21,459 nt of DNA, taken from assembly GCA_046485285.1 (NCBI GenBank), contig JAWOHE010000038.1:1-21459 (forward strand), in the 5' to 3' direction. The position numbers and the translations under genes are program-made. The DNA is from a bacterium. Lineage in GTDB: Bacteria > Hydrothermota > Tepidihabitantia > Tepidihabitantales > Tepidihabitantaceae. Under the pieces are notes generated by a model, which was not told where the DNA came from, did no database searches, and saw only the letters and a program-made list of their open reading frames with translations. Positions 1 to 7,396 of the stretch are shown here, in pieces (position 1 is the first letter of the stretch; each line of letters starts with the position of its first letter).

Positions 1-511
1 GGCGGCGCGTGTTGAGCTCCGGCCGCTCCGGGTCCCGACCCACGCGAACGTGCGCAATCACCGAGTCCGTCGCACAGTCAATCACCGCAACCTCGTTCTC
101 GCTGGCACAGGCGACGTAGATGCGGTTGCCCACCGAGTCCCAGAACGGCTGCGACGCCCCGTCAAGCGGGATCCTGCCGTACTCCCACAGCTCCGTGCCG
201 TGCGCGATTCAGACCGTGTCGTCCTCACCGTTGCCGTAAGCACAGTAGACACGATTGCTGACCAGGTTGACCGCCAGCCCACGAGGCATGAATACGTACC
301 TTGAGAAAGCTCCGAGGTTGTCCTCGCACCAGATGGTGAAGACCCAGTTCTCCTGGATCCCAACCAGGTACCCCTGCGGCCGGTTGTAGACGAGCCCGGT
401 CACCTCGCGGCCGGACCACACTGAATCCACGATGTACTGCCCGTACCCGGTCGCCGCCAGCGCGAGCAGGAGCACGAGGACCGCGGGGCGGAAGCATCGG
501 TAAGTGGCCAT
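1..511 (-). CDS. Secreted YVTN/YncE-like beta-propeller repeat protein, interrupted by an in-frame TGA at 211..209; 3' end lies outside the window
   Basis: ATG at 511 with signal peptide MATYRCFRPAVLVLLLALAATGYG. Repeats NRVYCAYGNGEDDTV* and NRIYVACASENEVAVIDCATDSVIAHVRVG are in the same frame on either side of the TGA. The frame stays open to base 1 (manual translation). Confidence 0.75.
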
Positions 512-529
512 CGTCTGTCCGCTGAACCG

Positions 530-558
530 AGTGTACGTCAGCCTGCCCCGGCCGTCAA
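530..558 (-). promoter_or_regulatory. Putative sigma70 promoter for the beta-propeller gene
   Basis: TTGACG (558..553), 17-nt spacer, TACACT (535..530). Confidence 0.55.
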
Positions 559-594
559 CCCGAAATACCCCTGGCCCGACCCGCGCGAGTCCGC

Positions 595-622
595 TTGACG
601 CGCCCGGCCCGTACGCTATCGT
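595..622 (+). promoter_or_regulatory. Putative sigma70 promoter for the 641..3223 gene (divergent pair)
   Basis: TTGACG (595-600), 16-nt spacer, TATCGT (617-622). SD GGAGG at 628-632. Confidence 0.5.
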
Positions 623-640
623 TGAGCGGAGGCAACCGTG

Positions 641-3223
641 ATGAAGATACTGCGCACTGCCGTCCTGCTGTCCGTCCTCGCCGGCCCGGCGCTCGCGGCC
701 CGGCCCTGGGCCCCGGCCGAGTTCGAGGCCTGGTATCGCGACTTCACCCCCCGGACCGTCGCCCGGCCCGAGACCCTGCTCTTCGGCCCGCGCCGCCACA
801 ACTACCTCGAACGCATCCGGCTGATGGCCGACTTCGTTGCCCGCCACCAGGTCGCGGACTCGAACTCGCCCGACTACGGCGGCATCATCGAGGCCGAGCA
901 CATGCCCAACGTCATCGAGACCGACAACACCCAGGAGGCAATCTGGGTCTGGTCGCGCTGGCACGAACTCACCGGCCGGGACGACTACGCCGAGAACGTC
1001 CGCCGGGCCTGGCGCTACGTGCTCGCCCACCCGGCCTACTGGGAGCACAACGGCGACCCACTCTCGCTCTGGTACGCGGTCTGGAACTCCGGCCTCGCGC
1101 TGATGGCCGAGGCCCGCTACCGGGCGGCGAGCGGCGACACGAGCTTCCGCGCCTACGCCGATTCCTGCCGCGGCTTCTACCTCGCGAACCCGCTCCCCCC
1201 CACCGGCTATCGCGACAACTTCGTCACGGCCCAGTCCTCGGGAATGGCGTATCCCTTCGCGGTCGGAACCGGCGACGCGGTCCTGCGCGACTCCGCCGTC
1301 GCGCGTGGCGCGCGCGTTCGGGCCTGGATCGAGGAGGACGCCGCCGCCCGGCTCGCCTGGCAGGACTGGGCGATGTCCGGCGGCACCGCGTTCTGGGGCG
1401 TCGCGAACTCGGTCGGCCGGGCGGACACCGCGGCCGGCCGTGCGTGGGTCGCGACCTACGCCGAGTCCCTGCCCGGCTTCTACCCGTCCGGCACCTGGAA
1501 CTGCTCGCACAACATCTGGCTCGCCAACGCCTACCGCGCCGCGGCCGAGCTCTCCGGCACGCGCGAGTGGCGGCTGATGCACCAGTACCTCGTCGACACC
1601 CTGCTCACCCGGGACACCGACCGCGACGGCGGCATCCCGGCGAACTGGACCGACCCGGACAACCGCGACCAGACCTGGGTTTCGACCTATCTCCACTTCA
1701 TGGGCTTCGAAGTCTTCACGACCCCGACCCACGACCGCGACGCGGCCCAGCTCGAGTTCGCCCTGCCCGGGCCGGGCCGGCTGGTCATCGCGCCTGACTC
1801 GGTGCCGGTTCTGGTCCCGGTCGCCAACGTCGGGCTCGAGCCGCTCGCCGGGGCGAGGACCGTCGTCAGCGGTCCGGGCTACTCCGACGAACTCGACTGC
1901 GACCTGCCCTTCCTCGCCTTCGACACCCTCACCGCCCGCCGGTTCCCGGTTCCCGCGCCCGGCGACTACACGCTGACCGCGGCAATCGCCGTGGCCGGCG
2001 ACGCGAACCCGGCCAACGACACGAGCCGGGTCAGCTTCAAGGCTTACGGGCTCCGGACCGTCTCGGGTACGCTGACCGACTCGAGCACCGCGGCCCCGGT
2101 ACCGGCCCGGCTCCATGCCTCGGTCACCGGCGACGCGGCGGTGTGGGACTCCTGCGAGACCGACCCGTCCGGCAACTACTCGCTCCGCATCATCGACACG
2201 ACCGTGACCATCACCGCCCGGCCCCGGGCGCCCTGGTATGACCGGAGCTGGGACTTCGTGATCGCCGGCGACACGACCATCGACCTCGCCACGCCGACCG
2301 CCCACCTCCTGCTCGTCAATAACGACCCGGCCGCCGCCTGGCAGGCGTACTACACCGATGCGCTCGACGCGCTCGGCGTGACCTGGACCGCCTGGTCGCG
2401 GCCGGACTCCGGCGCCCCGCCCTGGCGGCTGCTGCCCGAGCTCCGCTCGCCGACCGTCGTCTACTACTCCGGCGACGCGGCGACCGGCACGGTCCCGGCC
2501 GACGACCGCGACAGCCTCGCCACGCGCGCCGCCGCCGGGCTCAGCCTCCTGCTCTCCGGTCAGGACATCGCCGAGGAGCTCGCCGGCACGCCCTTCCTCG
2601 AGGACCTCTGCGGCGTCCAGTTCGACTCCTCGGGCTGGGCGCGGTTCTTCGTCTTCGGCAACCGGGCCGACTCCGCCGGCCGCCTCATCCACGCCATCGC
2701 CACTGCCGGCGGCGACGGCGCCGGGAACCAGCGCTCGCGGGATATGCTTTCGCCGCTGCGCAACGGCGCGGCGACGCTGATGGTCTACGACACGACGGCC
2801 GGCCCGGGCGCGGCGGTCCGCCGCCTCGACCCGCAGACCGGCAGCCGCATCATCACCCTCGGGTTCGGCTTCGAAGCCGTCAACCAGCCCTCCTCGCGGC
2901 CCGACCTCCTGACCCGGCCGCAGTTCCTCGCCCGCCTGCTCGACTGGCTCGGCCTCGCGACCGGCGTCGCCGAGCCGGTCCCGCCGCGGCCGCTCGCGCG
3001 CCTGCGCGCCGCGCCCAACCCGTTCCGGGAGACGGTCCGCTTCTCCGGCCTGCCGCCCGGCACCAGCCTCGCGGTTCACGACGCAACCGGCCGCCGGGTC
3101 GCGCTCGTTACCGCCCGCGACGGCAGCGCGACCTGGGACGGGCGCGGGCTGCCGGCCGGCGCCTACTTCGCCCGGCCGCTTGGCGGTGGCGGGCCGACCC
3201 TGCTCCTGCTCAAGCTCCGCTGA
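641..3223 (+). CDS. Secreted multidomain protein: alpha-helical (six-hairpin glycosidase-like) N-domain, CARDB/Ig-like domain, carboxypeptidase-regulatory-like domain, T9SS/FlgD-like C-terminal domain
   Basis: Signal peptide MKILRTAVLLSVLAGPALA. Ig-type motifs HDRDAAQLEF...GDANPANDT and VSGTLTDSST...TDPSGNYSL. C-terminal AAPNPFRETV...VHDATGRRV...WDGRGLPAGAYF...LLKLR. ATG 641 preferred over GTG 638 on SD spacing. The catalytic assignment is tentative. Confidence 0.8.
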   Translation: MKILRTAVLLSVLAGPALAARPWAPAEFEAWYRDFTPRTVARPETLLFGPRRHNYLERIRLMADFVARHQVADSNSPDYGGIIEAEHMPNVIETDNTQEAIWVWSRWHELTGRDDYAENVRRAWRYVLAHPAYWEHNGDPLSLWYAVWNSGLALMAEARYRAASGDTSFRAYADSCRGFYLANPLPPTGYRDNFVTAQSSGMAYPFAVGTGDAVLRDSAVARGARVRAWIEEDAAARLAWQDWAMSGGTAFWGVANSVGRADTAAGRAWVATYAESLPGFYPSGTWNCSHNIWLANAYRAAAELSGTREWRLMHQYLVDTLLTRDTDRDGGIPANWTDPDNRDQTWVSTYLHFMGFEVFTTPTHDRDAAQLEFALPGPGRLVIAPDSVPVLVPVANVGLEPLAGARTVVSGPGYSDELDCDLPFLAFDTLTARRFPVPAPGDYTLTAAIAVAGDANPANDTSRVSFKAYGLRTVSGTLTDSSTAAPVPARLHASVTGDAAVWDSCETDPSGNYSLRIIDTTVTITARPRAPWYDRSWDFVIAGDTTIDLATPTAHLLLVNNDPAAAWQAYYTDALDALGVTWTAWSRPDSGAPPWRLLPELRSPTVVYYSGDAATGTVPADDRDSLATRAAAGLSLLLSGQDIAEELAGTPFLEDLCGVQFDSSGWARFFVFGNRADSAGRLIHAIATAGGDGAGNQRSRDMLSPLRNGAATLMVYDTTAGPGAAVRRLDPQTGSRIITLGFGFEAVNQPSSRPDLLTRPQFLARLLDWLGLATGVAEPVPPRPLARLRAAPNPFRETVRFSGLPPGTSLAVHDATGRRVALVTARDGSATWDGRGLPAGAYFARPLGGGGPTLLLLKLR

Positions 3224-3236
3224 CCCGGACGCGAGA

Positions 3237-3262
3237 CGGCGGGCGGGAGGTCCCGCCCGCCG
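3237..3262. terminator. Perfect 11-bp hairpin between convergent genes; possible bidirectional terminator
   Basis: CGGCGGGCGGG-AGGT-CCCGCCCGCCG. No U-tract on either strand. Confidence 0.55.
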
Positions 3263-3280
3263 CAGAACGGACTGCCGGAA

Positions 3281-4639
3281 CTACTGCCCGATAATGACCT
3301 TGACGGTCTCCCGGCTGCCCCGGCCCCTGACGTAGTAGACGCCCGGGGTGAGATGCCGGACGTCGTTCGCGCCCGGCTCGAGATCCATCACCTCGCGGCC
3401 GGACACGTCGAGCAGCGTCGCCGGCCGGGCGCCGGGCAGCGCCGGCAGGTTCAGGACGCCGCGCACCACCGTCGGGAGCCGGTCGGCGGCCACGCCGATG
3501 CCCGGGCTCTCGGCGATGCCCGCGGGTACGACCCAGACCGTCCGGGCCAGCACGTTGTTCTCCCAGACCATCTCGGCCCGGATGCCCCAGGTGCTGCACC
3601 GGGCCTGGAACTGGCCGCGCACGAGCGGCGTCCACGCCGAGAAGTCCAGCGTGTCGAGCCGACCCGGCTGGAGGATGACCGAGGCGGTGTCCCAGTAGCC
3701 GTCCGAGACCTCGAATCGCGCCCGGATGAGGTCCGGCATCGTACCCCGGTTCTCGACCTGCACCGACGGCACGACCGCCCGGCCCGAGTCGGCGCTGTCC
3801 GCCGGCGCGAACATCCGCGTCACCGCGACGTCGTAGACGTTCACCTGGCAGACCCCGTCCCGGTGGTTGTTGGGCTGGATGTCGTCGCCGGCCAGCTCGG
3901 TCGAGCACCGGACGCTGAGCTGGCCCCGTTCCCGCGCGGCCCAGGCCGGGAACTCGACGTAGCGGAGCTGGCCCGGGCCGTGGCCGGTCACCGTCGCGAC
4001 CTCGTCGTAGCTCGAGCCGATGCGCATCCGCACCTGGTAGCTCTCGACGTTGTTGGCGTAGTTATACACCGAGCACGCCGGCACGACCACCGCGGCCGAG
4101 TCGAGGCTCCCGGTCGGGCTGACTATCCTCGTCACCCCGACGTCGTGGTCGATCGGGTTCGGCAGGTACTGCCGGATGAGCGCCTCGATCTGCGCCTCGT
4201 TGTATCCTTCGGCGATGTAGCGGATGATGCCGTCCGGCCCGACGATGTAGTTGAGCGGGACGTAGCCGTTCTGGCGGTAGACCCCCCAGACCGTGCCGTT
4301 GTCGCGTACGAACGGGTAGCTGTACATCCGGGCGTACTGCAGGAGCACGCTCGGCGCCTCGTTCAGGTTCACCGCCAACGGCACGAACCCGTTCGGGCCG
4401 TAGCTCTCGTAGAAGACCTGCAGGCGCGGCAACTCCGCGCGGCAGGTCGGTCAGGTCGAGGTCCAGAAGTTCAGCAGGACGACGCTGCCCCGGAAGTCTG
4501 ACAGCGAGTGGTATTGCCCCGCGGTGTCAGGCAGGCTGAAGTCCGGCGCCTCCTGGCCAACCTGAAGGACCGCCAGCGCGGGCCCGGCCAGGGCCAAGAG
4601 ACCGACCAGCACCGGCAGGACAGGACGGGCTCTGCTCAT
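3281..4639 (-). CDS. Secreted TlpA/AhpC-TSA thioredoxin-fold selenoprotein (UxxC, Sec63) with two CARDB/Ig-like domains and a T9SS-like C-terminal domain, 452 aa
   Basis: Track ORFs 4451..4639 and 3281..4432 are in frame and joined by TGA 4453..4451, giving APDFSL...VVLLNFWTST-U-PTCRAELPRLQ. The TGA sits exactly at the first Cys of the TlpA WCxxC motif. A strong hairpin follows, selB/selD are in the window, and the SD is GAGGTGA. Confidence 0.92.
4415..4448 (-). promoter_or_regulatory. Candidate bacterial SECIS element of the TlpA-like selenoprotein
   Basis: mRNA reads UGA-CC-GACCUGC-C-GCGCGG-[AGUUG]-CCGCGC-CU-GCAGGUC: 7+6 Watson-Crick pairs, with the loop 16 nt after UGA and a GU in the loop. 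Confidence 0.8.
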
Positions 4640-4692
4640 GCATCACCTCTTCTTCTGTTGCGGCCATCGGGATTGCGCTTTGCCGACACCAT

Positions 4693-4720
4693 ATCGTATT
4701 CACGGCCCCGGCCCGGTCAA
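4693..4720 (-). promoter_or_regulatory. Putative sigma70 promoter for the selenoprotein gene
   Basis: TTGACC (4720..4715), 16-nt spacer, TACGAT (4698..4693). Confidence 0.5.
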
Positions 4721-4811
4721 GCCCGCACCGCCGGGAAGCTGCGCTGAGGATGAACCACAGAGACATCAAGAGGGAGACAATCGCCGGGTTCGAAGCCGGG
4801 ATTCTCCGTGC

Positions 4812-4887
4812 TCGTGCCCTGGTGTTGAATCCGGCGCGAACCGCCGGGGTTCTGCCCCGGGGCCTTCCGGCTTCGTGCCTTGGTGTT
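4812..4887. repeat. 15-bp direct repeat pair flanking a small hairpin in the divergent intergenic region
   Basis: TCGTGCCCTGGTGTT (4812-4826) and TCGTGCCTTGGTGTT (4873-4887) are 14/15 identical. CCGGGG-TTCTG-CCCCGG lies at 4844-4860. Confidence 0.5.
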
Positions 4888-4912
4888 CTATTCGGGACGC
4901 CCGGCACCGGCC

Positions 4913-4940
4913 TTGACTTCCTCCGCCTTTTGGCTAACTT
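4913..4940 (+). promoter_or_regulatory. Putative sigma70 promoter for ktrB, possibly giving a near-leaderless transcript
   Basis: TTGACT (4913-4918), 16-nt spacer, TAACTT (4935-4940). ATG follows 8 nt later with no clear SD. Confidence 0.45.
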
Positions 4941-4948
4941 CAGGGCAA

Positions 4949-6691
4949 ATGTCGTTCTTCCGCCCGGTGCGAGTGATTCGCACCCTGCACGAGACCCCGC
5001 GCTGGGTCGGCCGCCTGCACTGGCTGACGACCGCGCTGGTCGGCGTCGCCCTGCTGCTCGTCATCGCCCGGTCCGGCTACGGTCTTGTCACGACCCCGCT
5101 CCTGCGCGGCGCGGTCGTCGGCTTCAATTTCCTGGTCCTCGCCGCGTTCGCGGCCGACGTCGTGCTCGGGTTCGTTACCGCGCAGTCACGCTGGCAGCAC
5201 TTCAAGCGCCGCTGGTTCGACGTCGCCGTGCTCGTGCCGATCGGGGTCGCCATCGCCGCCGGCGGCACGGGCATCACGTTCGTCGTCCTGCGCCAGTTGG
5301 TCGTCGTCGGCCAGGCCTTCACCCGCTCCCAGCGCTTCGCCGGCTTCCTCGAGGAAATGCGGCTCCAGCCGGTCCGGCTGCTCGCGCTCAGCTTCCTCGC
5401 GATGATCGCGCTCGGAACGCTCTTCCTGACCTTCCCGGCCGCGACCCGCGACGGCTCGGTGACCGGCATTGTCGACGCGCTCTTCACCGCGACGTCGGCG
5501 ACCTGCGTCACCGGTCTCATCGTCCGGAGCACGCCCCACTACTGGTCCGGGTTCGGCCAGCTCGTCATCCTGGTCCTGTTCCAGCTCGGCGGGCTGGGGA
5601 TAATGACCTTTTCGGCCAGCCTGGCGGTCGTGCTCGGCCGCAGGCTCGGGCTCGGCGAGCGCAGGACCGTCTCCGACATCATCGGCGAGTCGCGCAACGT
5701 CGACATCGCCCGAATCCTGCGCTACATCATCTCGATTGTCCTGACCGTTGAGCTGGTCGGGACGCTGCTCCTGTTCCTGCGCTTCCTGCCCGATTTCCCA
5801 CGCTGGACCGACGCGCTCTGGAATGCGGCGTTTCACTCGGTCTCGGGCTTCTGCAACGCCGGTTTTTCGCTCTTCGACGATTCGCTGGCCCGCTACCGGG
5901 TCGACCCGGCGGTCAACCTCGTGATGGTCGCGCTGATTCTCACCGGCGGGCTCGGGTTCGTGGTCGTTCGCGAGCTCTTCAACCGCACCACCCTCCGCCG
6001 CGGCCCGCTCTTTGGCCTGCGCCGGCTCAGCGTCCACGCCCGGCTCGTCCTCGCCACTTCTTTCGTGCTGGTGGTTACCGGCACGGTCGTGTTCTTCTTC
6101 ACCGAGTACGACCGCGCGCTGGCCAGCCTGCCGACCGCCGGCAAGCTGCTGGCCGCGCTGTTCCAGTCGGTGACCGCCCGCACGGCCGGGTTCAACACCG
6201 TGTCGTTCGAGGCGCTCCACCCGGTGACGCTGTTTCTCTGGGCGATGCTGATGTTCGTCGGCGCCTCGCCTGGCGGCACCGGCGGCGGCATCAAGACGAC
6301 GACCTTCGCCATCCTGCTGCTGTCGGTCCGGAACCGCGTCCTCGGCCGCGAGGACATCACCGTCGGACAGCGGGTCGTTCCGCGCGATGTGATCTACCGG
6401 GCGACCTCGATCGTCGCGGTCGCGGGCGGGCTGGTCGCGCTGGCGTTCGCCCTGCTGCTGCTGACCGAGCGACAGCCGTTCGAGAACCTGCTCTTTGAGA
6501 CCTTTTCCGCGTTCGGGACCGTCGGCCTGTCCACCGGGCTCACCGCCGAACTCAGCGCGGCGGGCAAGGTCGTCATCACCGCGCTGATGTACGTCGGCCG
6601 GATCGGACCGCTGACCCTGGCGCTCGCGATGCGCACCCGCCGGGCCCAGGTCGCCATCGGCTTTCCCGAGGCGCGGGTGCTGGTCGGCTAA
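4949..6691 (+). CDS. ktrB: Ktr/Trk potassium uptake membrane subunit (KtrB/TrkH family) with an extra N-terminal membrane domain
   Basis: Four selectivity-filter motifs TCVTGL, FCNAGF, ARTAGF and FGTVGLS, plus GASPGGTGGGIKTTT and MYVGRIGPLT. Start placed at ATG 4949, downstream of the promoter. Confidence 0.92.
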   Translation: MSFFRPVRVIRTLHETPRWVGRLHWLTTALVGVALLLVIARSGYGLVTTPLLRGAVVGFNFLVLAAFAADVVLGFVTAQSRWQHFKRRWFDVAVLVPIGVAIAAGGTGITFVVLRQLVVVGQAFTRSQRFAGFLEEMRLQPVRLLALSFLAMIALGTLFLTFPAATRDGSVTGIVDALFTATSATCVTGLIVRSTPHYWSGFGQLVILVLFQLGGLGIMTFSASLAVVLGRRLGLGERRTVSDIIGESRNVDIARILRYIISIVLTVELVGTLLLFLRFLPDFPRWTDALWNAAFHSVSGFCNAGFSLFDDSLARYRVDPAVNLVMVALILTGGLGFVVVRELFNRTTLRRGPLFGLRRLSVHARLVLATSFVLVVTGTVVFFFTEYDRALASLPTAGKLLAALFQSVTARTAGFNTVSFEALHPVTLFLWAMLMFVGASPGGTGGGIKTTTFAILLLSVRNRVLGREDITVGQRVVPRDVIYRATSIVAVAGGLVALAFALLLLTERQPFENLLFETFSAFGTVGLSTGLTAELSAAGKVVITALMYVGRIGPLTLALAMRTRRAQVAIGFPEARVLVG

Positions 6692-6703
6692 AGGAGGCTT
6701 GCG

Positions 6704-7393
6704 ATGAAGCAGTTTGCGGTTATCGGGCTCGGAACCTTCGGCGGCCGGGTCGCCCGGGCGCTGGTCGGCAAGGGCGCCGAGGTCATCGGCCTCGACTCCG
6801 ACCCGGCCCGGGTCGAGCAGTTCAAGGACGAACTCACCCAGACGCTGGTTGTCGACGCGACCGACGAGGAGGCGATCGCCCATTCGGGCGTGCTCGACGT
6901 CGACGCGGTCGTCGTCGCGATGGGCGAACGGATGGAAGCTGCGATTCTCGTCACCGCCATCCTGCGCCGGCTCGGCGCCGGCCACGTCATCGCCCGGGCC
7001 TCGTCCAGCCTCTACGCCCAGATCTTAGAGGACGTTGGCGCGGACCGGACCGTGCTCATTGAAGAACAGATGGCCGACCAGGTCGCCAAGACCCTGGTCG
7101 CGCCCGACCTGCTCGACCAGATAACCCTGTCAAGCGGCCACAGCCTCGCCGAGATGAAACCGCGCCGCGAGATGGTCGGCCACAAGCTCGGCGAGCTTGA
7201 CCTCCGGCGGCGCTACGGCATCAACGTCGTCGCAATCAAGAAGCGCCTGCCGGTCGTCACCGAGACCGGCGAGAGCGACTACGAAGTCCGGGTCAACGAC
7301 ATTCCCGGCCCGGACGACCGGGTCGAAGAGAGCGACGTCCTCGTTCTCGTCGGTCGCGACGAGGACATCGAAAAGCTCTCGACCGGCAGGTGA
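6704..7393 (+). CDS. ktrA: Ktr/Trk RCK regulatory subunit (KtrA/TrkA family)
   Basis: MKQFAVIGLGTFG Rossmann motif and RCK_C LDLRRRYGINVVAIK. SD AGGAGG at 6692-6697. Confidence 0.93.
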   Translation: MKQFAVIGLGTFGGRVARALVGKGAEVIGLDSDPARVEQFKDELTQTLVVDATDEEAIAHSGVLDVDAVVVAMGERMEAAILVTAILRRLGAGHVIARASSSLYAQILEDVGADRTVLIEEQMADQVAKTLVAPDLLDQITLSSGHSLAEMKPRREMVGHKLGELDLRRRYGINVVAIKKRLPVVTETGESDYEVRVNDIPGPDDRVEESDVLVLVGRDEDIEKLSTGR

Positions 7394-7396
7394 CCC

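Noticed and set aside
209-3079. 956-aa minus-strand ORF
   Set aside because: Antisense shadow of the real 641..3223 gene. Only the last 100 codons (from ATG 511) look like a real protein.
4740-4948. c-di-AMP (ydaO) riboswitch upstream of ktrB
   Set aside because: The conserved ydaO segments were not recognisable, and the best promoter sits just before the ATG. A cmscan against the Rfam ydaO-yuaA model would settle it.
5186-6985. Long antisense or alternative-frame ORFs (also 595..1797, 3353..4501, 11526..13037, 17075..18586 and others)
   Set aside because: Arg/Gly/Pro-rich shadows expected at high GC, overlapping well-supported genes.
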